64,000 nt of DNA from an uncultured virus (IMG/VR IMGVR_UViG_3300030673_000007) (lineage: Duplodnaviria; Heunggongvirae; Uroviricota; Caudoviricetes). Below the pieces are notes generated by a model. It was not told the origin of the DNA, did not search any database, and saw only the letters and a program-made list of their open reading frames with translations. The stretch is from the IMG/VR virus record IMGVR_UViG_3300030673_000007. One strand, written 5' to 3'. Shown one piece after another: positions 17,545 through 26,435 of this stretch (position 1 is its first letter; every line of letters starts with the position of its first letter). Both the position numbers and the translations under genes were made by a program.

Positions 17545-17574
17545 AGCTTAGGCCATGGAGATGTCCCAAGTCAA
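17545..17574 (-). promoter_or_regulatory. Early sigma-A-type promoter
   Basis: TTGACT-N18-TAAGCT-AGAGACATC. Confidence 0.8.
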
Positions 17575-17679
17575 GCTAAGTGCGAGGTACCACCTCTCGC
17601 TCCCGGGGATCAACCAACTCGGTGGACGTCTCCACCTTCCCACCGTCAGGTACGTGACGGTGCCCGGCCCACTCGTGCC

Positions 17680-17928
17680 TCAGACAGTAGCCCTCGGGTG
17701 ACGCTCGAAGGTGATGTGGATGTCATCGCTGGCCAGCCGGGCTGCGTCGAACTCGGCGAACGCCTCCGGGTTGTTGACTCCCATCGTGATCTCGCCAGTC
17801 GGTGTCGCCGACGCCCACTCCTTGTTCGCGCCGTTGGCGTAGGACGGGCGCAGCCTGACGGTGCCCTGATCGTCGCGTCCGGCGTACTTGGTGACCTCGG
17901 AAACGTAGAACCTCGCGGTGATGGCCAT
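17680..17928 (-). CDS. Conserved small phage protein (..NKEWASATPTGEI..)
   Basis: Start MAITARF...; codon bias. Confidence 0.75.
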   Translation of the reverse strand: MAITARFYVSEVTKYAGRDDQGTVRLRPSYANGANKEWASATPTGEITMGVNNPEAFAEFDAARLASDDIHITFERHPRATV

Positions 17929-18056
17929 GGTGTCTTCTCTCTGTGTGGGGACGCAGTCGCGTCCGGTGTGGACAGCGGCTGCGAGCACCCCCTCTGGGGT
18001 CACCCGACCGAAGCCAAGGGTACCAGCATGGGACTCTGACCATGCTGATCTCAGCA

Positions 18057-18485
18057 TCAGACGCAGTCGGTGTCGGCGAGCAGGTTCGGCTCGCGCTTGG
18101 GCATGTCCTGTGCGGCGGCGCGGATGTCGGGCCTCGGCTGGCACGCCTCCTCATCGGAGATCGGCTTGACGTCCAGCTCTGCACCGTTGAGGGAGATGGC
18201 TCCGACGGGGATCCCCAGCAGCATCTCCAGCACGATGTCGGCGTTGTCCACCACCCCGTAGCGTGGGTGCCGCCCATGCCCCTGAAGCTCCCCATTCTGC
18301 AACTGCCCCAAGGTGATGATCTGCTCAGGCCTGAGGCGAACCCCCATCAGGGTGGCCTGCCTCTTGACCCACCCGGCCTGCGGTGAGTTGGCGACGATCA
18401 TGATGGCATCGGGATCGGCTGCGGTCAGCTTGATCATCTCGGAGGTCTTGCCTCCGGCGCGGCCCCTGACCACGACCCGGATCAT
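18057..18485 (-). CDS. Small protein with P-loop-like motif
   Basis: GRAGGKTS near N-terminus; VVDNAD. Confidence 0.6.
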   Translation of the reverse strand: MIRVVVRGRAGGKTSEMIKLTAADPDAIMIVANSPQAGWVKRQATLMGVRLRPEQIITLGQLQNGELQGHGRHPRYGVVDNADIVLEMLLGIPVGAISLNGAELDVKPISDEEACQPRPDIRAAAQDMPKREPNLLADTDCV

Positions 18486-18703
18486 ACGACCACCTCAGTT
18501 CCGAGATCCACGATGAAGCGGATCTCCTCACCGTCAGACTCGACCGTGACCACGTCGTCGAACGTGCGGTTCGGGATGCTCGCAGCAATCAGGTACTGCT
18601 GGACCCCAGCGAGCATCTTGGACACCTCAGCCCAGTTGCTGGGTGTCGGCAGGAAGAAGACCTTCTGGGTGGAGCGCTCGATGCGCTCGGAGTAGTTGGC
18701 CAT
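18482..18703 (-). CDS. Hypothetical protein
   Basis: Overlapping start/stop codons. Confidence 0.7.
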   Translation of the reverse strand: MANYSERIERSTQKVFFLPTPSNWAEVSKMLAGVQQYLIAASIPNRTFDDVVTVESDGEEIRFIVDLGTEVVV

Positions 18704-19014
18704 CAGGCCTCCTCAGAATCATCTTCGGTGTTGACGGTGATCGTGTACTGGCCATCGAGCCGGATCCACTGCTCGCCGGAGCCGAACACGGGGGCGGCGC
18801 AGATCGTGTCCCGGCGCAGGTCGAGGTCCGACAGCTGGGCGTCCCGGTACACCATGGTGGCGTTCGGAGCGGCGAGGAGGGCCACCTTGCCGTCTTCCAA
18901 GAGGATCTCCATGGTCAGGCTCAGGCCCCTGATCGGGGGCTGTGCCGAGACGAAGCCCTGAGGCAAGTGGGTGTCCCTGTGGTGCAGCTGAGCTGCCTCG
19001 AATCCCTCGGCCAT
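18703..19014 (-). CDS. Hypothetical protein
   Basis: TGATG overlap. Confidence 0.65.
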   Translation of the reverse strand: MAEGFEAAQLHHRDTHLPQGFVSAQPPIRGLSLTMEILLEDGKVALLAAPNATMVYRDAQLSDLDLRRDTICAAPVFGSGEQWIRLDGQYTITVNTEDDSEEA

Positions 19015-19502
19015 CAGAAGTCCTTCGGGTGCTGGAGGATGGTGCGCCGGGCCATGAGCAGCTCGCCCAGCATGTTGATGCCCTTGCCGCCACAGGTGCG
19101 CCGGGTGCACAGGCAGCTCCCCCAGAAGTTGTCGTGCCAGTCGTTGATCTCGATCAGCATGGTGCTGTCCGTGTCGATGAGCATGGCCGCGAGGTTGGGC
19201 AGGATGGGGCGGAAGGGGAGGCTGAACTTGGCCGAGATGACCATGGACATGGCTGCCACACGGCCACCTGCTTCCCAGCCCTCCCGCAGGGGTGCCTTCC
19301 GGCCCAGCCCCTTGGCCTGCCCCGGGGTCGTTGCCTTCAGGATGGCCTCACGGGTGGCCGTATCGACCGTCTTCAGGGCGTTGTAGGCGTGCTCCCCTGT
19401 GGGAGCCATCATGCCCAGCCTGCCTATCCACAGGGGCTGCTCGTAGAAGTTCGACAGGAAGAAGTAGTCACCCCGGAACCCAGACTCGGTGAAGCTAGCC
19501 AT
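19014..19502 (-). CDS. NADAR (YbiA-like) family protein
   Basis: FLSNFY, EHAYNALK, AKGLGR, AKF, LIE..WHDNFWG, G.NMLGELLM. Confidence 0.9.
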   Translation of the reverse strand: MASFTESGFRGDYFFLSNFYEQPLWIGRLGMMAPTGEHAYNALKTVDTATREAILKATTPGQAKGLGRKAPLREGWEAGGRVAAMSMVISAKFSLPFRPILPNLAAMLIDTDSTMLIEINDWHDNFWGSCLCTRRTCGGKGINMLGELLMARRTILQHPKDF

Positions 19503-19966
19503 CAGAGTTCGTCCAGCAGGATGTCGATGTCGCTGACCACGCCGGACTCATCGTTTTCGGAAACGTCCTTGACGTGGGAGATGGTGCCGGTGTCGTTGAG
19601 CTGCCACGTCCGGGCGAGGTTGACCAGCAGCTTCTCCTGCACGGCGTTGGCGAGGTCCTCGATGGTGTAGCCCTCGAAGGTCAGCTGGGACGCCAGCACG
19701 ATGAGCACGTCGGCGGCTTCCTTCAGCTTCTCGTCGGTGTCGTGCTCGGCCTCAAGGAACTCGGTGACCTCCTCGGGCAGCTTCAGCTCGGGCTGGGCGG
19801 TGGTGTGCGTGGCGTAGAGCGCGACCCACTCCACCAGTGTCTTCTGGACCTCGTCCCAGATGGCGGCGCGGGAGAGCTTGGCGGCGACGGCGTCGGCGAT
19901 CTCAGCGGCAAAGAGCGGAGGGTTCTCGACGGTCATGACGATGTTGAGGGTTGCAGGATGTGCCAT
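19502..19966 (-). CDS. MazG-like / DUF550-type nucleotide pyrophosphohydrolase
   Basis: KLPEEVTE...EAADVLI...KLLVNLARTW..SHVK. Confidence 0.75.
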   Translation of the reverse strand: MAHPATLNIVMTVENPPLFAAEIADAVAAKLSRAAIWDEVQKTLVEWVALYATHTTAQPELKLPEEVTEFLEAEHDTDEKLKEAADVLIVLASQLTFEGYTIEDLANAVQEKLLVNLARTWQLNDTGTISHVKDVSENDESGVVSDIDILLDEL

Positions 19967-20016
19967 ACCTACTGGTACGCCGCAGAACCGGGGATCCGCA
20001 GTCGATCTTCAGAGAC

Positions 20017-20166
20017 ATGTGCAACCACGAAGGAACCCCCGCCTGTGGATGGACGCTCGTCTGCCACCAGAAGGCAGGCCACCCCGGCTCCCATCAGGCC
20101 TACTGGTCCGACCGACTGTGGGAATGGGACACAGCCCCGCTCCTCGTAGGCGCAGCTAAGCCCTGA
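20017..20166 (+). CDS. Small Cys/His protein, leaderless from a late-type promoter
   Basis: GTCGATCTTC-AGAGAC-ATG; MCNHEGTPAC...CHQKAGHPGSH. Confidence 0.5.
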   Translation: MCNHEGTPACGWTLVCHQKAGHPGSHQAYWSDRLWEWDTAPLLVGAAKP

Positions 20167-20200
20167 CTCCCCTACGGGGGGGATTAGGGGAGTCAGGGCT
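20159..20200. terminator. Hairpin between convergent genes
   Basis: AGCCCTGACTCCCC...GGGGAGTCAGGGCT. Confidence 0.7.
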
Positions 20201-20226
20201 CGCGATTAGTCTACGGCAACTATTAC

Positions 20227-21588
20227 CTACCGATGAGCGTTCAGGTACTTCTGGAAAGCAGTCGAGGTCTTGGGACCCCAGTCGCCGTCCTTGGACACAC
20301 CGATCTTGGACTGCAACGCTCCGATGACACCGGAGTTCAGGACGTCACCGTCGCTGTAGCCGAGCCACTTGCGGAGCGCGCGGTAGGTCTGGCCCCCGGT
20401 CTGGCCATCGATCTCGACCCCGAGGAACTCCTGCACCCGCTTCCACGACTTGGTGCCGAAGTCACCGTCCACCGCGAGTGCGGCGGGCTTGCCGTAGGCC
20501 GACAGGAACGCCCGGTAGGCCGACAGTCGAGCGTCCCAGCCAGCCGGGTACTTCTCGCCGGAGGCGGTGCCCATGTTGACGGCGGTCTGGACCCTCTGGA
20601 AGTCGCCGGAGTTGCCGTAGCCCCACAGCTTGCGCGCTGAGAAGTACCAGATGCCTCCGACCCACGCCCACCCGAGCTTGCCGAGTTCATCCGGGTGGTC
20701 GACGAACAGGTTGGCGTCGGTGATGAGACCCCGGCTCTTGGCCCAGACCCCGAACGCCGCGTAGTTGTCCTTCCACGTGATCTGCTCGAACGACCGGCCC
20801 CGGTAGGGGTCGTAGCGCTTCTTGTCCGCGCCGTACTCGACGGTCGTGGCCAGCCATGCAGACTCCTGAAGCATCGTGCCGACCCACGCAGCGACGCCGT
20901 GACGGGTCAGCTTCTGACCCTTCAGCGCCACAGTGGCCATGGCCGCGAGGTCCTTCAGCGAGGTGGCGGTGTAGACCCGCTCACCCTTGGCGTTGTACCC
21001 GGTGCAGACCTTCGCGCGGACGGTGCTCGAACCGGCAGCCTTGAGTGCGGCAGCCAGCTGGGCCTCGGTGATGACGATGCCGGGGACCACGACAGGCACC
21101 GGCTTGGTGACGGTGGTGTACTGCGGGCGGATGATGTAGGTCCAGCCACCGGGGCGGTTCGCCAAGGTCCTGAAGCCGACCTCCTTGCCCGTCTGGTCTC
21201 CAGCCTTGCCACCGGATGCGCGGCCACGCTCGTCCTGATGGGCCGAGAACATCTTGGTCTCGCTGTAGACGAACTCGACGTGATGGCCCGGGGTCAGGAG
21301 GAAGTCGCCGACCTTGACCTGCGACATCGACTCGAACCGGATGACCTTGCAGCCAGCGGCCTTCATCTTGATGGCGTAGTTGCCGGTGTAGAACGTGCCG
21401 GACAGGACGACCGGGATACCGGCCTCCTTGGCGATGGCTCCACACACGGTCGAGCAGTCACCCTCGGTGGCTCCGAGCACGAGCTTGCCGTTGCGGTAGA
21501 AGTCCCACCGTTCGCCTTGGTCGTAGCCGATGTTGGCGACCTTGTCGAGCCGCAGGCAGAAGGCCTGTGCGTCCGCGAGGAGGATCAT
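20227..21588 (-). CDS. Endolysin: NlpC/P60-like peptidase + GH19-like glycosidase + peptidoglycan-binding repeats
   Basis: GYDQ..R..GDCS..GHHVE; QES...EY...YRGRSFEQITWKDNY; VDGDFG/DGDWGPKT repeats. Confidence 0.9.
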   Translation of the reverse strand: MILLADAQAFCLRLDKVANIGYDQGERWDFYRNGKLVLGATEGDCSTVCGAIAKEAGIPVVLSGTFYTGNYAIKMKAAGCKVIRFESMSQVKVGDFLLTPGHHVEFVYSETKMFSAHQDERGRASGGKAGDQTGKEVGFRTLANRPGGWTYIIRPQYTTVTKPVPVVVPGIVITEAQLAAALKAAGSSTVRAKVCTGYNAKGERVYTATSLKDLAAMATVALKGQKLTRHGVAAWVGTMLQESAWLATTVEYGADKKRYDPYRGRSFEQITWKDNYAAFGVWAKSRGLITDANLFVDHPDELGKLGWAWVGGIWYFSARKLWGYGNSGDFQRVQTAVNMGTASGEKYPAGWDARLSAYRAFLSAYGKPAALAVDGDFGTKSWKRVQEFLGVEIDGQTGGQTYRALRKWLGYSDGDVLNSGVIGALQSKIGVSKDGDWGPKTSTAFQKYLNAHR

Positions 21589-21725
21589 TCCGGCATCCCG
21601 TCGGTGCCCTCGATGGAGGGGTCGGCAGGCGGCTGGTTGGCTTCGAGTTCCTCGTCGGAGATCTCTTCGTCTTCGATCTCTTCGACCGGCTCAAGCTCGG
21701 GACTCAGTGCAGGGTCTATGGACAT
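21585..21725 (-). CDS. Acidic 46-aa peptide
   Basis: ATGA overlap with endolysin; follows late motif. Confidence 0.5.
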   Translation of the reverse strand: MSIDPALSPELEPVEEIEDEEISDEELEANQPPADPSIEGTDGMPE

Positions 21726-21747
21726 GCCATAGAAGATCGACCTAGCT

Positions 21748-22095
21748 CTAGCCCAGCACCTTGACCATGCCGTTGGGCAGCGGCTTCTCGGCCACGACCA
21801 CCTTGACCGGCTCCTGATCCATGAAGACCGCTGCGACCTCCCTCAGGAGGGCTCCAATGCCCCTCAGGCTCTCCGGGAGCGTGTCCCCTGCCGCCAGTCC
21901 ACCTGCGGTGACGTCGACCACTGTGGCCCCGTCTGGGTCCGTGCCGAAGCGCATCAGGATGGTGGGAGGCAGGCCGTCACCGAGGGTGATGTCGGTCTTG
22001 GCGATCTTGCCCGAGCCGGTGGGGTAGACAGCTCCCCGGACCCGCCATGCGACAGGCTCCAGCGGGATGTTTTCCTCGGCGTGCTTCTTGCTCAT
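21748..22095 (-). CDS. Hypothetical protein
   Basis: TGATG overlap, AAGGA RBS. Confidence 0.7.
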   Translation of the reverse strand: MSKKHAEENIPLEPVAWRVRGAVYPTGSGKIAKTDITLGDGLPPTILMRFGTDPDGATVVDVTAGGLAAGDTLPESLRGIGALLREVAAVFMDQEPVKVVVAEKPLPNGMVKVLG

Positions 22096-22616
22096 CAGAA
22101 CAGTCCTTCCCAATCAAAGTCGATGTTTTCTGAAACGGGTTCCGGAGCTGGCTGGATGGGGACGCGGGGCTCCTCCCGCTTCACCCACGGCAGCCGGATC
22201 GAGCTGTACCCACGAGCCTTGGTGGCCTCGAAGTAGCCCTGCTCCAAGATCCCGGCGTGCACCATGGCAGCCATCAGGTTGAGGTACTGGCCCCAGTCCA
22301 TGGGGTGATCGATGATCAGGTGGTGGTGCCCCGGGGTGGTGGAGGGCAGCAGGATGCACGGGATGTCGAGGTCGAGCACCGGGGCGTGCTGGCAGGCCCC
22401 TCCCACGAACTCCTGCTCCTCGTCGTAGAGGAACTCCGGCAGCTTCGCCTCGATCACGGAGGTGATGACGTTGGCCTCCTCGACCTCGGCCACCACCGGC
22501 TCGTCGTAGCAGTTGTAGGCGTGGCCCTGATCGGAGAGCTTCTTCTTGGCGACGAAGTCAACCTTGCGCAGGACGCGGCGCACAGCACCGGGAACGTCGG
22601 AGAGGGTACGGATCAC
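22095..22616 (-). CDS. Protein with AEP/PrimPol-like DxD and HxH motifs (paralog of 37078-37518)
   Basis: HAPVLDLD...PSTTPGHHHLIID; GTGA overlap. Confidence 0.65.
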   Translation of the reverse strand: MIRTLSDVPGAVRRVLRKVDFVAKKKLSDQGHAYNCYDEPVVAEVEEANVITSVIEAKLPEFLYDEEQEFVGGACQHAPVLDLDIPCILLPSTTPGHHHLIIDHPMDWGQYLNLMAAMVHAGILEQGYFEATKARGYSSIRLPWVKREEPRVPIQPAPEPVSENIDFDWEGLF

Positions 22617-23179
22617 TGGAGCACGTCCACGACAACACCCTTGACGCAGTAGACCCACGTCTCGGCGTTGAAGGGGCTCAGGGGCAGGAAGCCCAGCGTG
22701 ACACAGGCTGCCTGTGCGTCGGCCTTGGAGGGGGTTCCCGGTTCGCCGCTGGTGTTGGTCACCGACATCACGTCGCCCTTGACGCAGACCCACTGGTTGT
22801 TGTCGCCGACGAAGACACGGTTCCCGCCCGTGGCGCACTCCGAGACGAACTCGTTGCGGTGGGTGGCCTTCTCGTCGAGGGTGGCCAGCACGGACTGGAT
22901 GAAGACCGCAGCTCCGAACGCGGCGAACAGCAGGACGATCCACACCCCGATCCGGTTGACCATCTTCAGCATGAACTTGCGGCGGTCTGCCCTGTCCTGA
23001 ATCAGTGCATTGCTCCGGTCGGCGGCGACCGTGTGCTCAGCGGCCATGGAGTCGTGCTCAGCAGCAGCCGCGTGCTGCTCGGTGACGGACGCATCCACCA
23101 CCGCCGCCACGGCCTTCTCCACGGTTGCTTCCACGGCCTTGGATGGGGTCACAGTCCCCGGGTGGTCTTCATTGCTCAT
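22613..23179 (-). CDS. Membrane protein with Cys-rich extracellular domain
   Basis: One TM segment; two C..G..WVC-type repeats; leaderless after CGTACCAGT. Confidence 0.7.
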   Translation of the reverse strand: MSNEDHPGTVTPSKAVEATVEKAVAAVVDASVTEQHAAAAEHDSMAAEHTVAADRSNALIQDRADRRKFMLKMVNRIGVWIVLLFAAFGAAVFIQSVLATLDEKATHRNEFVSECATGGNRVFVGDNNQWVCVKGDVMSVTNTSGEPGTPSKADAQAACVTLGFLPLSPFNAETWVYCVKGVVVDVLQ

Positions 23180-23274
23180 ACTCACTGGTACGCCTCTCTT
23201 GGTGCATTACGCAGAACCGCCCCCGAACAGCCTCATACGAGGGCGGGGGCGGTTCTTCCTGTAGGTAGCGAATC

Positions 23275-23814
23275 TCAGGTCAGTGGGGGGTCCTCTTCGT
23301 CCACCGACGCGGCCCGCTCCGGGGCGTAGTCCTCAACAATCTCAACCGTAGGGATGCTGTTGTTCGTGATGACGATGGTCCCTGCGGGAGCGACCACGAC
23401 TGCCGGGGAGGAGGCCACGTTCACACCGGGGATGACGATCAGGGAAGCCTGCATGGCAGTGGCTGCTGCGGAGGCGAAAGCGCCCAGCAGGAGGGTCGTC
23501 CACGGCACGTTCTCAACCAACAGGATGGTGCCAATGCCAGCGATCATGAACTGGGTGAACTGGCGGATGAACCTGCTGCCAAGGATCTCCCAGAAGCCCG
23601 CATTGGGTCCCGGTTCAGGGAGCCCCTTGAAGGAGGTCAGCACGGTGATGATCAGGACCAGAACGACCTGCGACACCACCGCCAGCGGGAGGATGGGGAT
23701 GCCTGCGGAGTAGGCCAGCAGGAAGGGGAACACTGCCGCCACGAAGGTGCGGAACAGTGCGAAGCCGATTCCTTTCCAGAAATCCGGCGTGAGCAGTACG
23801 GACAGGGATGTCAT
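23275..23814 (-). CDS. Holin-like multi-TM membrane protein
   Basis: Four hydrophobic segments in two repeated halves; near endolysin. Confidence 0.6.
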   Translation of the reverse strand: MTSLSVLLTPDFWKGIGFALFRTFVAAVFPFLLAYSAGIPILPLAVVSQVVLVLIITVLTSFKGLPEPGPNAGFWEILGSRFIRQFTQFMIAGIGTILLVENVPWTTLLLGAFASAAATAMQASLIVIPGVNVASSPAVVVAPAGTIVITNNSIPTVEIVEDYAPERAASVDEEDPPLT

Positions 23815-23864
23815 TGGGTCCTCTTCTTGTACGTGGTCAGTCCTTCACACCCATGAAGATCGAC

Positions 23865-24434
23865 TCAGCGGTGATCCTCGAAGAGAGTGGGCTGGAGGTG
23901 ACCTGCCCGAGCAGTGACGATCATCTCGGCGGCGTTGTCGCTGGCCTTCTCCAGCAGGTCGGCCAAGATCACCGGGACGTTCTCCAAGTGCTCGTTCAAG
24001 GCCCCCTGAGTTTCCTTCATCCCGGAAGTAAGAGAGGCGACATCGACCTGTGTTTTGGCCACTCCTTCATTGAGAGTGGCGACCTCCTTGCGGAGGTTCT
24101 GTAGCTCTTCTGCGAGCTTCAGTTCGGAGCCATGGTTCGGGGTCACCTGCGACTCGATGGCTTCCAGCTTGGCGGTGTTCTTGATGATCTCGTCGCCGTG
24201 ATCCTTGAGGGTGGCCATGACCCCGGGACGCCCATCGACACCCTTCCGGTCAGGCTCTCCGTTCCAGTCCTCGAAGAAATGCTTGAGTCCCACAGCCAAC
24301 GGGGAAACGAACCTCCACGCAGCCACGATGGCCCCGATCCCGACCAGAACAACAAAGATCTGACCGACAGTTATGTCCGCCAACCACTGCGGGATGTTGG
24401 ACAAGTTGGACCCCTCCTGAATGTGCTTTCCCAC
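23865..24434 (-). CDS. Lysis-cassette membrane protein (TM + coiled coil)
   Basis: TM segment, DWNGEP.R.G..RPGVM, PNHGS motif. Confidence 0.7.
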   Translation of the reverse strand: MGKHIQEGSNLSNIPQWLADITVGQIFVVLVGIGAIVAAWRFVSPLAVGLKHFFEDWNGEPDRKGVDGRPGVMATLKDHGDEIIKNTAKLEAIESQVTPNHGSELKLAEELQNLRKEVATLNEGVAKTQVDVASLTSGMKETQGALNEHLENVPVILADLLEKASDNAAEMIVTARAGHLQPTLFEDHR

Positions 24435-24460
24435 CTCAGAAGATCGGCCCGTGATGATTT

Positions 24461-25090
24461 CTACTCAGGGGCTGGTAGCGATCTCACCCAATCACGGTAG
24501 CTCTGGGCCTCACGGAGGTGGGCCTCCACGTCGTTGAAGGCGCGGTGCACCTTGGCGTCCCCGTAGCTGGCGAGCTGGGGGTTCACCACGTACTGGCCTG
24601 CGGCACTCGCGATGCACCTGCGGAAGATGCCCCAGTCGTAGGGGTAGTAGGCCAGCCAGCTGGCGACCTTGGGCATCTTGGCCTTGACCAGTGGGTGGTC
24701 GAACGCAGCCACGCCGGACCCTGCGATGGCCCACATGCCCTTGGCCACGCCCGTCTCGGTGAGCCACTCGTCCAGCTCGGTGTCGATGTCGGCCAGCGTC
24801 TGGGTGGCGCGCGAGCAGTCCACGATCAGACCGTTCTCCTTGTGCATCTCCCGGGTGATCTCGTTGGCACGCAGGGAGTCCGCAGCTGCCATGGTGAGCT
24901 TGGTCACCGCCTGATACCCACCACCGCCGAACTCGGTCATGATGTTCAGCCCGACGTCGGTGAGGATGACCCCCACCTCCAAGATGTGCACCCCGGTGAA
25001 GTCGATGATCTCGTCGTGCTCGGTGGGCAGGGTGGTGGACTCGACGTCCAGCCAGAAGCAGTGGGTGGCGGTCGGGAACTTGCTGGACAT
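24461..25090 (-). CDS. orn: Oligoribonuclease-like DEDDh exonuclease
   Basis: WLDVEST, ILEVGVILTD, MHKENGL, AGSGVAAFD, HRAFND. Confidence 0.85.
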   Translation of the reverse strand: MSSKFPTATHCFWLDVESTTLPTEHDEIIDFTGVHILEVGVILTDVGLNIMTEFGGGGYQAVTKLTMAAADSLRANEITREMHKENGLIVDCSRATQTLADIDTELDEWLTETGVAKGMWAIAGSGVAAFDHPLVKAKMPKVASWLAYYPYDWGIFRRCIASAAGQYVVNPQLASYGDAKVHRAFNDVEAHLREAQSYRDWVRSLPAPE

Positions 25091-25114
25091 CGGGTGCCTC
25101 TCGATTCATGAAAC

Positions 25115-25168
25115 GGTGCTGGGCCCCCACCCCCTACCCCTAGATGGATGTGATGGGGCCCAGCACCG
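25115..25168 (-). terminator. Terminator-like hairpin
   Basis: CGGTGCTGGGCCCC...GGGGCCCAGCACCG. Confidence 0.6.
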
Positions 25169-25175
25169 GGCTTGA

Positions 25176-26342
25176 CTAGCTGGCGATCATCACCAGCGGC
25201 TCGTACGGGTTCAGCTGCTCGGCGTCAGCAGCGTGACCCTCGCGCCAGACACGGGCCTTCAGGGTGTCGAAGGTCGTGGTCGGAAGGGCTCCGCCGATCC
25301 GCATCAAGCGGTCCCGGCGACGGTCCTCCATGTCGGACTCGTTGGCCACCTCGGTGATGGCCTGCATGATGTGGTACATCGTGATCTCGCCCATGCCCAC
25401 CAGCCGCGTCATGATCGACTCGCGCTGGCTGACCGGCACCTCGTACTGGGCGAAGATCTCGCGGAGGACGTCCGGGGTGTTGCCGGTGACGTTGAGCTGG
25501 GTCAGCGCCTGCACCTGATCGAACATGTGCTCCATGCCACCGAGGATCTCGTTGACGGAGGTGCGCGCCCACTCGTAGACGTCCTCCTCCTGACCGTCGC
25601 GGCGACGGCTCCAGCTGCCCAGCGAGTCGAGCGTCGTGGTGCAGCCGTTGGTGCACCACCAGCGGAACATGAAGGCCTCTTCCGAGGTCTGCGTCTTGCC
25701 GATCAGGGAGTTGGACAGGTGGATCCCGGCCAGCCACGTATCCCACGAGCCCTCGGGGATGTCGTCCATGTTGGTGTCGTCCATGACGCGCTCGGCCTCG
25801 GGGACGATGAGCCGGATGTCAGTGCGCAGCAGCGAGTTGGCGTACTTGTAGTCGGCGTAGATCGGGGTGTTGGCCCCATGGATCTCCTGAATGCCCTCGA
25901 CCACGCTGTTGAGCAGCTGGATGTTGGAGAAGGGGACCAGCGTCGGACGGGTGAACGCACTGATCCGGTCGGCGACGGACAGGACCTTGAAAGCCTCCGA
26001 GCCCATGCCGGTGGAGTAGTGGTGGTTGAGCAGGCCCTCGGCGAAGTTGGCCGGGATCTTGCGCATGTAGGCACCCGGCAGGCCGAAGTTGGCACCGGCC
26101 TGAAGGACGGCCTCCTTGGTCATCTGGCGGTCGGTGCCGTTGATGGTCATGGTGACGTCGACCGGAGCAGTACCGGCGACGGTCTCGATGCCGTGGGCCC
26201 AGTCCGGGGTGAAGCGGAAGCGGACCTTCGACTCGTTGTCGATCCGCTCGTCGGTCAGCGGCTCCGTCTTCTGGAGCTGCTGGGTGATCTCTTCGATGGA
26301 CAGCAGCTTGTGCGCCATGTCCGAGAGGGTAACGGTGGCCAT
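25176..26342 (-). CDS. DUF932-like protein
   Basis: GIHLSNS..G....AFMFRWWCTNG; AAGGAG RBS. Confidence 0.7.
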   Translation of the reverse strand: MATVTLSDMAHKLLSIEEITQQLQKTEPLTDERIDNESKVRFRFTPDWAHGIETVAGTAPVDVTMTINGTDRQMTKEAVLQAGANFGLPGAYMRKIPANFAEGLLNHHYSTGMGSEAFKVLSVADRISAFTRPTLVPFSNIQLLNSVVEGIQEIHGANTPIYADYKYANSLLRTDIRLIVPEAERVMDDTNMDDIPEGSWDTWLAGIHLSNSLIGKTQTSEEAFMFRWWCTNGCTTTLDSLGSWSRRRDGQEEDVYEWARTSVNEILGGMEHMFDQVQALTQLNVTGNTPDVLREIFAQYEVPVSQRESIMTRLVGMGEITMYHIMQAITEVANESDMEDRRRDRLMRIGGALPTTTFDTLKARVWREGHAADAEQLNPYEPLVMIAS

Positions 26343-26399
26343 TACTGGCTCCTTCCGTGCTGTCTTGAGCTGTCTAGGTGACCGCTGTTTCTAAAAAGG

Positions 26400-26428
26400 A
26401 CGATAGCACTACCTGTTTCAAGAAACAA
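26400..26428 (-). promoter_or_regulatory. Sigma-A-type promoter overlapped by two palindromic sites
   Basis: TTGTTT-N17-TATCGT with TG extension; TGTTTCAAGAAACA at 26414-26427 and TTTCTAAAAA at 26388-26397. Confidence 0.6.
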
Positions 26429-26435
26429 GTCCTGC

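Noticed and set aside
41..17574. Recurrent ATGTCTCTAKCTTAGG block as a possible CRISPR repeat or integron attC site
   Set aside because: Spacing is irregular and gene-sized, both orientations occur, there is no cas or integrase gene, and the block matches -35/-10 promoter geometry.
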